In this document: positions 17,820 through 26,592 of the stretch, one piece after another
Position numbering within the stretch: the first letter of the stretch is position 1
Layout of the letters: every line of letters begins with the position of its first letter
NCBI GenBank assembly: GCA_049997835.1
Contig: JBEKSI010000002.1
Coordinates: 1 to 38,868 of the forward strand
DNA: 38,868 bases
Source of the DNA: Minisyncoccia bacterium
GTDB taxonomy: Bacteria; Patescibacteriota; Minisyncoccia; UBA6257; GWB1-50-10
Direction: 5' to 3'
Program-made: the position numbers and the translations under genes
The notes under the pieces: model-generated
Told to the model about the DNA's origin: nothing
What the model saw: the letters and a program-made list of their open reading frames with translations, nothing else
Database searches by the model: none

Positions 17820-17960
17820 AATCCTAATTAAGGACCTGTGGGCAATGAGATTTTTCCCAGCCACGGATTACTTGGTTTCGGCTGGGTAACTCCTCGGAAA
17901 GATCTTAAACGCCTTTGCAACTGGCAACCTGCCCACAGATCTTTGTTTGGGATTTTTTTT
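17820..17960 (+). ncRNA. Candidate structured small RNA of unknown class (strand tentative)
   Basis: Upstream TTGACA (17785-90), 17 nt, then TGcTAACAT (extended -10, 17805-13). Long-range helix 17830-17844 / 17930-17944: 9 perfect bp CTGTGGGCA/TGCCCACAG, extendable to 15 with one mismatch. Inner hairpin CCCAGCC (17856-62) / GGCTGGG (17880-86). T8 run at 17953-60. No ORF. Confidence 0.3.
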
Positions 17961-19629
17961 ATTTCCCCCAAAAGATTTCTCCGGTCAGCCGTTCCACCTC
18001 TTCCAAGCTCGTAATGCCTAAGAGCGCTTTTAACACCCCGTCCTCCTGCATTGTAACCATCCCCTGTTCTTCCGCCAGTTTTTTTAATTCTATCTCCGTC
18101 GGGTTTTTATAGATTTCAGTTTCCATTTTTTCGTCCACCCGAAGCAGTTCAAAAATAGAGACGCGTCCCTTGTATCCTAAGTGGCCGCACTTATTGCAAC
18201 CCGCCGGCTTATAGATCTGGTATTTCAAATAATCTTTTTTACTGACTCTTGCGGGAAGAGCGGAAAGGAATTTCTCAATCTTTTCTTTGAAGCCCGAATC
18301 AATCTCCACTTTTATTTTGCATTCCGGGCAGAGCCGGCGCACCAATCTTTGGGCGATTATTAAACTTAAGGAGGGCCCCAGAACATTCGTCTGGATGCCC
18401 AAATCCAGAAGCCGGGGGATGGCGCCCACCGCGTCATTTGTGTGAAGCGTGGAGAAAACCAGATGGCCGGTGAGCGAGGCGTTCAAAGCAATCTCCGCCG
18501 TTTCTTTGTCGCGAATCTCGCCGACGAGAATCACGTTCGGGTCCTGCCTTAAAATTGAGCGCAAACCGGAGGCAAACGTGTAGCCGGCGCTCTGGTCCAC
18601 TTGGGTTTGGGAAATGCCGGCCAGGTGATATTCAATCGGGTCTTCCACGGTTATGATTTTTATCTCCGGCCGGGAAACTTTTCTTAAGAACGCGTAAAGA
18701 GTCGTCGTCTTGCCGGAACCAGTGGGGCCGGTGTTCAAAATCAGTCCGTTGGGTTTTCTGATCTCCGTCTCGGTGATGGCAAGATCATCTTCGCGCCAAC
18801 CCAAATCCTCCAAATTAGTTTTTAAGGAAATAGGATCTAGGATCCTTAAAACTGTCGTCTCGCCGTATTCCGATGGAATAATGGATGTTCTGATCTCGAT
18901 TAGACGATCCTTAAGAGAAATCGTGAAACGCCCGTCTTGCGGTCTATCCTGAATGTTTAATTTTAAATTAGAGAGAAGTTTGATGCGCGTGATTATGGAT
19001 TTGTAAATCAAGAGATTAAGTTCGGAGTAAGCGACATGAAGAAGACCGTCTACGCGCAGGCGCAGGACGCCAAACCTTTCGTTCGGTTCCAAGTGGATGT
19101 CGGAAGCCCGCAGAGCCATCGCGCCGCTTAAAATTATTTCTAAAACTTGGGAAGTGTAGGGGCTTTGAAAGTTTTTAATATCATTGGTTAAATCGTTCAG
19201 GTCTTTTACTTTTCCTTGCGCCTCAATTATTTTTTCTTCATCAATATCTACCCGACCGCTGATCTCCTTCTGAACCGAGACATATTGGTAATAATCCCAG
19301 GCGTGTTTTAACCCCGTAAGCGAGACGATGGCCACCTTCACGGCGAACTTTTCTTTCAGGGCGTCAATGATTTTTTTTGCCTTTTCTTCGTTCGGGTCAA
19401 AGGCGGCGACCACCAGGATTTTTCTCACGAGCTGGATGGGGACGAGGAGGGCCGCTTTGGCATCTTCTTCCGGGACGAGTTCCATCGCTTTGATTTCAGT
19501 GGGGGTTTTAGTGGAAATCAAGTCAAGGTAATCCAGGCCGTATTTTTTGGCCCGGCGCTTGGCGTCTTTCTCCTCGGCTTCCCGGTTCTGTTTCTGAAGT
19601 TGGTCGTCCAGACTTTTAGGTGGGAACAT
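17959..19629 (-). CDS. PilB/GspE-family secretion ATPase (type IV pilus/T2SS assembly ATPase)
   Basis: Walker A 'NTGPTGSGKTTTLY', Asp box 'ITVEDPIEY', Walker B 'LVGEIRD', His box 'TGHLVFSTLHTND', tetracysteine 'CPEC...CNKC'. The track start at 19665 is a TTG. The ATG at 19629 ('MFPPKSL') sits 7 nt after a -10 box. Confidence 0.85.
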   Translation of the reverse strand: MFPPKSLDDQLQKQNREAEEKDAKRRAKKYGLDYLDLISTKTPTEIKAMELVPEEDAKAALLVPIQLVRKILVVAAFDPNEEKAKKIIDALKEKFAVKVAIVSLTGLKHAWDYYQYVSVQKEISGRVDIDEEKIIEAQGKVKDLNDLTNDIKNFQSPYTSQVLEIILSGAMALRASDIHLEPNERFGVLRLRVDGLLHVAYSELNLLIYKSIITRIKLLSNLKLNIQDRPQDGRFTISLKDRLIEIRTSIIPSEYGETTVLRILDPISLKTNLEDLGWREDDLAITETEIRKPNGLILNTGPTGSGKTTTLYAFLRKVSRPEIKIITVEDPIEYHLAGISQTQVDQSAGYTFASGLRSILRQDPNVILVGEIRDKETAEIALNASLTGHLVFSTLHTNDAVGAIPRLLDLGIQTNVLGPSLSLIIAQRLVRRLCPECKIKVEIDSGFKEKIEKFLSALPARVSKKDYLKYQIYKPAGCNKCGHLGYKGRVSIFELLRVDEKMETEIYKNPTEIELKKLAEEQGMVTMQEDGVLKALLGITSLEEVERLTGEIFWGK

Positions 19630-19636
19630 TAATAGT

Positions 19637-19665
19637 ATTTTAGAAGTTTTTCGGCGGCCTAACAA
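19637..19665 (-). promoter_or_regulatory. Sigma70-like promoter placed for a leaderless pilB-like mRNA
   Basis: Minus strand reads TTGTTA-17 nt-TAAAAT-actatta-ATG(19629). Confidence 0.4.
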
Positions 19666-19682
19666 GTAAATAAGGGTCTATA

Positions 19683-19711
19683 TTGACTTTTAACTATTTT
19701 AGTAGTATAAT
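19683..19711 (+). promoter_or_regulatory. Sigma70-like promoter of the lipoprotein gene
   Basis: TTGACT (19683-88), 17 nt, TATAAT (19706-11). GAGGA Shine-Dalgarno 8 nt before the ATG at 19763. Confidence 0.5.
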
Positions 19712-19762
19712 TCCAAGCAGAAAGTTTAAATAATCAGAAACCAACATTATGAGGAATTAGTT

Positions 19763-20173
19763 ATGAAAACCACCGTGTTTTTATTCACCGTCCTAATTTC
19801 CATTTTATTCGCCGGATGTTGCGCTTCTTACACGATATCGAGCGATGAGCTTGTGAAAACCGGCAAGAAAGTTGTTAAGGAATGGAAGTTTGAATATAAT
19901 GCCGCCCAGATTAACGTCATTAATCCCTACCAGCAAGTATGCACTGTTATAATAGGGAACGAATCAATTGATATTGGATATAGAGAAAGAGCCTTTAGGA
20001 CATACGATGTTAATTTGATACTAGACGGTTCGTATATCAAAATCCCAGTTTCTGTTATATCCGGAAACATGAGGGTTGCCACAAGGGACTTTTACATACG
20101 ACCCAGAAATACAGGGGTTACAACTTGGGTAATCCAAATATACGGCAATCAAATTTCTCTAGTGGGAAGCTAG
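19763..20173 (+). CDS. Small lipoprotein of unknown function
   Basis: Signal peptide with lipobox 'ILFAGC'. 136 aa. Own promoter, SD and terminator. Confidence 0.6.
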   Translation: MKTTVFLFTVLISILFAGCCASYTISSDELVKTGKKVVKEWKFEYNAAQINVINPYQQVCTVIIGNESIDIGYRERAFRTYDVNLILDGSYIKIPVSVISGNMRVATRDFYIRPRNTGVTTWVIQIYGNQISLVGS

Positions 20174-20185
20174 TTTTATAGAAAA

Positions 20186-20227
20186 GCCGCGTCCAAACGA
20201 AAGTTTGGCCGCGGTGATTTTTTTACT
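20186..20227 (+). terminator. Rho-independent terminator
   Basis: GCCGCGTCCAAAC-GAAA-GTTTGGCCGCGGT stem-loop (one internal mismatch) followed by GATTTTTTT. Confidence 0.6.
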
Positions 20228-20238
20228 ACAATAGAGAA

Positions 20239-21153
20239 ATGCCCGAACTTCCCGAAGTGCACACAACCGCAACTTTTCTGGATAAGAAGGTTCGCGGCAA
20301 AACCATCAAAGATCTATGGACTGATTGGCCTAAGTATTTTCGCGCGCCCAAGGGAGAGAAAAATTTCAAAAAAATGATTCTAAGCCGGAAGATTTTATCC
20401 ATTGGGAGAATCGGCAAGAACATTCTCTTCCGCCTTTCGGGCGGCTACGTTATGCTCGCGCATCAGAAGATGACCGGGCATTTTTTAGTTGGTAAGTGGA
20501 GAAGGAACGAAACGGATAAAAATACGGAAGAGGTTTGGCTGGGCCAAAAATGGGTGCCGGCGGAGGGCCGCGGGCCGCTCGGGGATGATCGCAACCGCTT
20601 CATTCGCCTGATTTTTTTCTTGAGCGGCGGAGAGATGCTCGCGCTGTCGGATTTGAGGCGCTTCGCGAAACTCGTGCTGGGTAAAGAAAAAGAAATTATG
20701 GAGTTGGAAGAAATTAGAGGATTGGGCCCAGAACCGATTGACCCGAAATTTACGTTTGAAAAATTTACGGAGCTGTTCAAAAAAAAGTCGGGGAAGATAA
20801 AACAGGTTCTTTTGGACCAGACGTTCTTGAGCGGCATTGGGAATATTTATGCCGACGAGTCGCTCTGGCGGGCGAAAATAAATCCTCTCCGCTTGGCGGG
20901 AAGCTTGACCCGCAAGGAGCTGAGAACCCTCTATAAATCAATAAGAATGGTTTTGAGGATGGCTATAAAACTCAAGGGTTCTTCGGTGGATGACTACCGC
21001 GACCCATCCGGCCGCCCGGGGTTGTATCAGAAAATCCATCAGGTTTATCATAGGGAAGGCGAGGCCTGCCGGCGCTGCGGGGCGAGGATTGTGAGGATAA
21101 AAATTGGCCAGCGCTCGGCGCATTTCTGCCCCGTCTGCCAAAAACAAAAATGA
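20239..21153 (+). CDS. mutM: Formamidopyrimidine-DNA glycosylase (Fpg/MutM)
   Basis: 'MPELPEV' catalytic N-terminus, H2TH region 'LLDQTFLSGIGNIYADE', and zinc finger 'CRRCG...FCPVCQ'. Confidence 0.9.
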   Translation: MPELPEVHTTATFLDKKVRGKTIKDLWTDWPKYFRAPKGEKNFKKMILSRKILSIGRIGKNILFRLSGGYVMLAHQKMTGHFLVGKWRRNETDKNTEEVWLGQKWVPAEGRGPLGDDRNRFIRLIFFLSGGEMLALSDLRRFAKLVLGKEKEIMELEEIRGLGPEPIDPKFTFEKFTELFKKKSGKIKQVLLDQTFLSGIGNIYADESLWRAKINPLRLAGSLTRKELRTLYKSIRMVLRMAIKLKGSSVDDYRDPSGRPGLYQKIHQVYHREGEACRRCGARIVRIKIGQRSAHFCPVCQKQK

Positions 21154-21968
21154 TCTATTTTCTCTACGGCCCGGATTCATACCAGCGGAACGAAAAACTC
21201 AACTCGGCGATTGCCGAGTATCGGAAGAAGTATCCGGAATCGGATATGGCGTCTTTTGATCTGAGAGAAGAGCCGGATAATTGGGTTAAGGCCAAGGATT
21301 TCTTGAATCAGCCGTCAATGTTTGTTGATTCCAAGGTGCTAATCATAAAGGAGAGCGGCGCGGTCCCGGCGGCTGGCGGAGAAAAGGATTGGATAAAAAC
21401 CCTCAAGTCCGGTTTGGAATTGCCGCGAACCTTCATATTCATATCTGATGCTTCAAAACCGCTGAAGGCCTTTGAATTTCTGACCCAGTCGCCGTCGCGG
21501 GACCAGTTTTTTGGCGAGCTTGAGGAGCGGGAACTGGAAAGTTTCGTGAAAGCGGAGGCGACGGTAAAAAAAATAACCTTTGAAAGAAACTCCCTGGATT
21601 TTTTCCTTGGATACCTTTCCGCCGCGCGGGAACGGAGTTGGATCGCGGTAAACGAGTTGGAAAAAATCCGCCTGATGAACCCGCCCCAGCCGGTCAATCT
21701 CGCCGACCTCAAGAAGATAATCATCTCGGGGTTCAAAGACGAGGTCTTTGACGTAGCTCGGAGCATTATGTGGTCCCGGACGTGGATGGAAAAACTGAAG
21801 CTTCTGGAACGGCTTTTTATCCAGAAAAAAGAGCCGGCCTACGTTTTCAATTCGCTGGCCGTTCTCGCGAAGGGGGATGAGCTTATAAAACTGGCGGATT
21901 ACGACGTGAGCGTAAAGAGCGGCAATCTGGAATATGAGGAAGCGCTTCTGGATTTTATCCTGCCTTGA
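21150..21968 (+). CDS. holA: DNA polymerase III delta subunit-like (HolA)
   Basis: 'MIYFLYGPDSYQRNEKL' matches the usual HolA N-terminus. The size is short (272 aa). 4-nt overlap with mutM. Assignment rests on N-terminal similarity only. Confidence 0.55.
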   Translation: MIYFLYGPDSYQRNEKLNSAIAEYRKKYPESDMASFDLREEPDNWVKAKDFLNQPSMFVDSKVLIIKESGAVPAAGGEKDWIKTLKSGLELPRTFIFISDASKPLKAFEFLTQSPSRDQFFGELEERELESFVKAEATVKKITFERNSLDFFLGYLSAARERSWIAVNELEKIRLMNPPQPVNLADLKKIIISGFKDEVFDVARSIMWSRTWMEKLKLLERLFIQKKEPAYVFNSLAVLAKGDELIKLADYDVSVKSGNLEYEEALLDFILP

Positions 21969-21986
21969 TCGGTTCTTAATAAGAAG

Positions 21987-22018
21987 ATGGGGTGCTATAA
22001 TTAATTATAGCACCCCAT
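21987..22018. terminator. Perfect 32-nt palindrome acting as a bidirectional terminator between convergent holA and rpsT
   Basis: ATGGGGTGCTATAATTAATTATAGCACCCCAT equals its own reverse complement. A T-rich tract follows on the plus strand (tctttcttctttt). Confidence 0.6.
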
Positions 22019-22048
22019 TCTTTCTTCTTTTCTTAAACTATTTTTGTT

Positions 22049-22309
22049 TTATTTCTTCGGGAATTTCTTAGAGAGCCGGGATTTCAGGCGGTCTGCCTTA
22101 CCCCTTTTTATGAAGCCCACCTTCTTCATTTTATCCAGGGTTTTGTAGACCTCCGGGAGGAATTTCCTCGCTTCCTCGGTCTGGCCGGCGGCCACGAGTT
22201 TGCGGAATTTTTTCAGGGTTTCGTTCAGTTTTTTCTTGCGCGCGACGTTCATCTCCTTCCGGCGGACGTTCTGTCTTAACGCTTTTTTAGCTGATTTCGT
22301 TATAGGCAT
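22049..22309 (-). CDS. rpsT: 30S ribosomal protein S20
   Basis: 'MPITKSAKKALRQNVRRKEMN' S20 signature. 86 aa and basic. Confidence 0.95.
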   Translation of the reverse strand: MPITKSAKKALRQNVRRKEMNVARKKKLNETLKKFRKLVAAGQTEEARKFLPEVYKTLDKMKKVGFIKRGKADRLKSRLSKKFPKK

Positions 22310-22321
22310 TTAAGTGGTTTC

Positions 22322-22350
22322 ATATTATATTTTCCGGTCTCCTTTGTCAA
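22322..22350 (-). promoter_or_regulatory. Sigma70-like promoter of rpsT
   Basis: Minus strand reads TTGACA-17 nt-TAATAT, then 12 nt to the ATG. Confidence 0.5.
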
Positions 22351-22401
22351 AGGGTTATTTTTGTGTCTGGTGGGATACAAGATTATAATTAGACTAATTA
22401 A

Positions 22402-22983
22402 ATGATTCATACATTAAGCGGGAAGCTCGCGGAAAAGAACGACGGCTATCTGGTGGTAGAAGTGGGCGGCATCGGTTTCAAGGTGGTGACGAATACCCGG
22501 ACGGCGGCGAGCGCTTCCGCGGGCGAAGCGGCCAAGCTCTTTACTCACCTTTATGTCCGCGAGGATAAGATAGAACTCTACGGATTTATGGATGAGGGTT
22601 CGTTAAAACTCTTTGAGCTTCTGATTTCCGTCTCGGGCATCGGGCCGAAAAGCGCGCTCGCAATCCTGGATATCGATTCCTCTGAAAACATCATTGCCGC
22701 TATTGCGGGGAAGCGCCCGGATATTCTGACGCGCGCTTCGGGCGTCGGCCAGAAGACCGCCGAACGGGTGGTGCTGGAACTTCAGAGCAGAATAAAAATT
22801 CCGAGTGGAACAAAACGGCTTACCGAAGCGATGGACGTGAATCAGGAGGTGGAAGAAGCGCTCGTCGGACTCGGCTACGGCCGCGCTGCGGCCCGTCAGG
22901 CGATTTCAAAAATCGGTCCGGAATTCAAAGCCCTTGAGGAACGCCTGAAACAGACGTTAAAAAATCTCGGCCGGCGCAGTTAA
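22402..22983 (+). CDS. ruvA: Holliday junction DNA helicase subunit RuvA
   Basis: OB-fold N-terminus 'VEVGGIGFKV'. Two HhH motifs, 'VSGIGPKSALAIL' and 'ASGVGQKTAERVVLEL'. Confidence 0.9.
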   Translation: MIHTLSGKLAEKNDGYLVVEVGGIGFKVVTNTRTAASASAGEAAKLFTHLYVREDKIELYGFMDEGSLKLFELLISVSGIGPKSALAILDIDSSENIIAAIAGKRPDILTRASGVGQKTAERVVLELQSRIKIPSGTKRLTEAMDVNQEVEEALVGLGYGRAAARQAISKIGPEFKALEERLKQTLKNLGRRS

Positions 22984-24258
22984 ATGTCATTCATTTTCTC
23001 CATATATCACTGGATTCTGGCCTGGGTGGGCAGTATTGTCTGTGGGCATCCCAGCCGGGGAATTTTTGTTATCGGTGTGACGGGCACAAAGGGCAAATCC
23101 ACTACCCTAGAGTTCTTAAATGCGATTCTTGAGGTGGCCGGCAAAAAAACCGCGCTTTCATCAACTGTCCGCCAGAAAATCCTAAATAAGACGGGGAGAA
23201 ATATGTCCGGCAACTCAATGCCCGGTAGGTTTTTTCTCCAGAGATTCTTAAAGAAAGCCGCCAAAGCCGGCGCGGATTACGCTCTACTTGAGGTGACATC
23301 GCAGGGCGTGGTTCAGCACCGCCACGAATTTATAGACTGGGATGCGGCATTTTTTACCAACCTTGCCCCCGAGCACATTGAATCCCATGGGAGTTTTGAA
23401 AATTATCGCTCGGCGAAAACTTCCTTTTTTAATTATTTGAGTAAATCCAAGAAGAAAGGAAAATTCTTCTTCGTGAATAAAAACGACCCGAGCGCGGATT
23501 ATTTCATCAAAGCGGCGGAGAAAGTATCCAGCGGGAAAGTTTTCCCGTATTCAAAAGAGAATTTTATAAAAATATGTTTAAAAAACGGTTTAGATATTTC
23601 TTCCCGGGAAAAAAGAGCGGCGGTAAACAGCTGGCTTTGGAGTGAATTCAATCTGGATAACGCCGCGGCGGGCCTCGCGTTCGCCGAATCGCAGAATATC
23701 TCCTGGCCGATTTTTAAAGAAGCTCTCGTGGGTTTTAAGGGGCTCATCGGCCGGATGGAGTTCATCCAAAAGGAACCCTTTGCAGTTGTAGTGGATGGCG
23801 CGCATACGCCCGATTCTTTGGAGAAGGCGTATCAGAATACGCGGCCTGAAATTATCTTCGGTAAATCTGGCGGGCGGCTGATTTGCGTTCTTGGCTCCGC
23901 CGGGGGCGGGCGCGACAAATGGAAGCGGCCGGCAATGGGGAAAATTGCGGCCGAATACTGCGATGTCGCGATACTGACGGATGAAGACCCCTATAATGAA
24001 AACCCGAATGAAATTTTAGACCAAGTTGAAAACGGTTTTAAAGACGCCAAAGAACGCCGGGTCAGACCCGAAAATGTTTTTAAAATTCTGGACCGTCGCG
24101 AGGCGATCAAAAAAGCCGTGAGTTTAGCCGGGCCGGGCGATACGGTTATCGCAACCGGGAAAGGCAGCGAAATGTCCATTCATGTTGCCGGCGGGAAAAC
24201 CATCCCTTGGGATGAAAAGGAAATAATGAAAGAAATTTTAGAATCTTTTAAAGTATAA
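22984..24258 (+). CDS. murE: Mur ligase, MurE-like (UDP-MurNAc-L-Ala-D-Glu:diamino acid ligase), lacking the usual N-terminal domain
   Basis: 'VIGVTGTKGKSTT' P-loop, 'LLEVTSQG', 'FTNLAPEHIESHGSFENYRSAK', 'DGAHTPDSL', 'GSAGGGRDKWKRPAMG', 'LTDEDPYNENP'. Confidence 0.7.
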   Translation: MSFIFSIYHWILAWVGSIVCGHPSRGIFVIGVTGTKGKSTTLEFLNAILEVAGKKTALSSTVRQKILNKTGRNMSGNSMPGRFFLQRFLKKAAKAGADYALLEVTSQGVVQHRHEFIDWDAAFFTNLAPEHIESHGSFENYRSAKTSFFNYLSKSKKKGKFFFVNKNDPSADYFIKAAEKVSSGKVFPYSKENFIKICLKNGLDISSREKRAAVNSWLWSEFNLDNAAAGLAFAESQNISWPIFKEALVGFKGLIGRMEFIQKEPFAVVVDGAHTPDSLEKAYQNTRPEIIFGKSGGRLICVLGSAGGGRDKWKRPAMGKIAAEYCDVAILTDEDPYNENPNEILDQVENGFKDAKERRVRPENVFKILDRREAIKKAVSLAGPGDTVIATGKGSEMSIHVAGGKTIPWDEKEIMKEILESFKV

Positions 24259-24265
24259 TTAACAC

Positions 24266-25633
24266 ATGCGATTAACTTTTTGCGGCGGGGCGGGAACGGT
24301 AACGGGCTCAAACTATCTTCTTGAAAGTGGCGGGATAAAAATCCTGATTGACTGCGGGTTAAATCAGGGAGACAGCTTCTGCGAGGATTATAATTTCCAG
24401 CCGTTTCCTTACAAACCCGAGGAAATCTCCGCTGTTTTTGTGACCCACGCCCATATTGATCATATCGGCCGCCTGCCTCAGCTCGTGAAAGCCGGTTTTA
24501 AAGGAACGATCTATTCCACTCCGCCGACCAAGGATTTCGCCGAACTCCTGCTTCTGGATTCCGAGCACATTCTCAAGGAAGAATCGGACAAAAGAAAAAA
24601 GCCGCCTCTTTACGAAACAGCCGACATTATAAAGACGATGGGCTTTTGGCAGAAGAGGAGATATCACGAAAAGATTTCCATTGGTCCGGCGGAGAGTGGC
24701 TTCATTGTTGATTTTTTTGATGCCGGGCATATTCTGGGTTCGGCTTCAATCGTAATTTCCGCCGGGGGCAAGAAAATAGTTTTCTCGGGCGACCTCGGAA
24801 ATATCCCCTCGCCGTTCATAAAACCGACCGAGTTTATAAAAGACGCGGATTACGCTTTGGTTGAATCCGCTTATGGCGACAGGGTGCATGAATTTTTGGA
24901 TAAGCGGAAAGAAATGGTGGAAGACGCGATTGAAGAAACGGTGAGGGCCGGCGGCGTCCTAATGATTCCCGCCTTCGCGATGGAACGGACGCAGGAGATG
25001 GTCTTTGAAATGAATGAATTGGTGGAAAACGGGCGCATTCCGAAAATTCCCGTTTTTATAGACAGCCCGCTCGCGATAAAACTTACGGCCGTTTATCAGA
25101 AATATTCCGAAGATCCGGAGTACTTCAGCTCCGAGGCCATTAAGCTCGTGAAGAGCGGCGATGCAATCTTCAATTTCCCGGGTTTGAGGATGACGCTCAC
25201 GACGGAGCAATCAAAGGAAATAAACGACGTGCCGGCGCCCAAGGTGATTATTGCCGGCGCGGGGATGTCCAACGGCGGGCGAATCCTGCATCACGAGATC
25301 CGCTATCTGCCGGATCCGAAAAGCGCGCTTCTCATCGTGGGATATCAGGCCGTGGGTTCGCTCGGCCGGAGAATTCTTGAAGGCGCCAAATTCGTGAAAA
25401 TTTTCGGCGAAGAGATCCCGGTAAACTGCAAACTAAAACAGGTAAGCGGATACTCGGCCCACGCCGACCAGCCCCAACTTTTGAAATGGGTTGAAATGAT
25501 GAAGGGAAGCGTGAAAAAGGTCTTCGTCGTTCAGGGAGACCCGGAGGCGCTTACGGCGCTTTCCCAGAAGATCAAGGATGAGCTTGCCGTCTCTTCTGAT
25601 GTGCCGACTCACGGCGCGTCTGTGGTATTATAA
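24266..25633 (+). CDS. MBL-fold beta-CASP family hydrolase (RNA-processing nuclease type)
   Basis: 'VTHAHIDHIGRLP' (HxHxDH) with later 'DAGHILGS', 'ESAYGD' and 'SGYSAHAD' beta-CASP motifs. Confidence 0.8.
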   Translation: MRLTFCGGAGTVTGSNYLLESGGIKILIDCGLNQGDSFCEDYNFQPFPYKPEEISAVFVTHAHIDHIGRLPQLVKAGFKGTIYSTPPTKDFAELLLLDSEHILKEESDKRKKPPLYETADIIKTMGFWQKRRYHEKISIGPAESGFIVDFFDAGHILGSASIVISAGGKKIVFSGDLGNIPSPFIKPTEFIKDADYALVESAYGDRVHEFLDKRKEMVEDAIEETVRAGGVLMIPAFAMERTQEMVFEMNELVENGRIPKIPVFIDSPLAIKLTAVYQKYSEDPEYFSSEAIKLVKSGDAIFNFPGLRMTLTTEQSKEINDVPAPKVIIAGAGMSNGGRILHHEIRYLPDPKSALLIVGYQAVGSLGRRILEGAKFVKIFGEEIPVNCKLKQVSGYSAHADQPQLLKWVEMMKGSVKKVFVVQGDPEALTALSQKIKDELAVSSDVPTHGASVVL

Positions 25634-25637
25634 AAAT

Positions 25638-26267
25638 ATGCTTAAAGCCAAAAAATCTCCGGTAATTGAAACTAAAAATCACAATCATACTCATCATCTG
25701 AAGTATAAAATTTGCATCTCCGGCGCGGCTGAAACCGGCCATTGTTCCAAAGACGCGCTCGAGAAAGCCGAGGCGATGGGCCGGGAGATCGCGAAGCGGG
25801 GGCTCGTGCTTATGACCGGCGCAACCATCGGCATTCCTTATTGGGCGGCGAAGGGCGCCAAAGAGGCCGGTGGCATGGTTATCGGTTTGTCGCCCGCCTC
25901 TTCCAAATTGGCTCACATAAAAACCTATCATCTTCCGACTGATTATCACGATCTTATCATCTACACCGGCTTTGATTATTCCGGCCGGAACCTACTTCTT
26001 ACCCGCTCGGCTGACGCCGTCGTGACGATTTGCGGTCGAGTGGGATCATTAAATGAATTCACTGTCGCCTTTGAAGACCAGAAGCCCAACGGCGTTCTTG
26101 AGGGCTCGGGCGGTATTGCGGACATGCTACGCGACATTCTTGAAAAATCCCATCGCGGCTGGGGGAAGACGATTTTTTCCCGCGACCCGGCGGATTTACT
26201 AGATAAACTTCTGGATTTAATAGAAGCCGAAGACGAAAAAAACGGCATTAAAGGTCGGATAATATAA
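25638..26267 (+). CDS. LOG/TIGR00725-like Rossmann-fold protein
   Basis: 'ICISGAAETG', 'LMTGATIGIPYWAAKGAKEAGG' and 'ICGRVGSLNEFTVAF' match the LOG-family PGGxGTxxE-like layout. The ATG at 25638 avoids overlap with the MBL gene, and the track start at 25578 is an extension. Confidence 0.6.
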   Translation: MLKAKKSPVIETKNHNHTHHLKYKICISGAAETGHCSKDALEKAEAMGREIAKRGLVLMTGATIGIPYWAAKGAKEAGGMVIGLSPASSKLAHIKTYHLPTDYHDLIIYTGFDYSGRNLLLTRSADAVVTICGRVGSLNEFTVAFEDQKPNGVLEGSGGIADMLRDILEKSHRGWGKTIFSRDPADLLDKLLDLIEAEDEKNGIKGRII

Positions 26268-26277
26268 AAATATAAAC

Positions 26278-26592
26278 ATGGGATTCTTTTCATTTCTTTT
26301 CGGGTCAAAAAACTCTTCCGCAAACAAAGTTGAGAGGCCGAGGCCGGTTTCAAAGCAGATAGGGGAAGTGACTCATTTTTACGGCGGCATCAGCGTGGCA
26401 ATCGCCAAGTTTAAGGAGCCGGTAAAGGTGGGTGAGACCGTCCGCTTCTTCGGGGCGACCACCGATTTTACCGAAAAAATCGGTTCAATGCAGTATGACC
26501 ACAAGGATATCGGCGAAGCCAAAAAAGGGCAGGAGGTTGGCATCAAAGTAGTTGGCAAAGTGCGCGAGGGCGACGAAATATTTCGTGCATGA
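26278..26592 (+). CDS. Small EF-Tu-domain-2-like beta-barrel protein (elongation-factor-like)
   Basis: 'GEVTHFYGGISVAIAKF...VGETVRFFG...GQEVGIKVVGKVREGDEIF' resembles translation-factor domain II barrels. Confidence 0.45.
   Translation: MGFFSFLFGSKNSSANKVERPRPVSKQIGEVTHFYGGISVAIAKFKEPVKVGETVRFFGATTDFTEKIGSMQYDHKDIGEAKKGQEVGIKVVGKVREGDEIFRA

Noticed and set aside
17820-17960. Identification of the structured spacer as SRP (4.5S) RNA, 6S RNA, tmRNA, RNase P RNA or a tRNA
   Set aside because: There is no GGAA/GNRA-capped helix-8-like motif with the AGCA/GGAA symmetric loop. The 'CAGGUCC' on the minus strand is not followed by a matching 3' side. The size is wrong for tmRNA and RNase P, and no cloverleaf forms. 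It is kept only as an unclassified candidate.
25578-25637. Upstream extension of the LOG-like gene; the HMA/TauE-like gene has a similar extension at 30631-30711
   Set aside because: Both extensions overlap the preceding gene's 3' end in another frame. Internal ATGs at 25638 and 30630 lie just after the upstream stop codons and give sensible N-termini.
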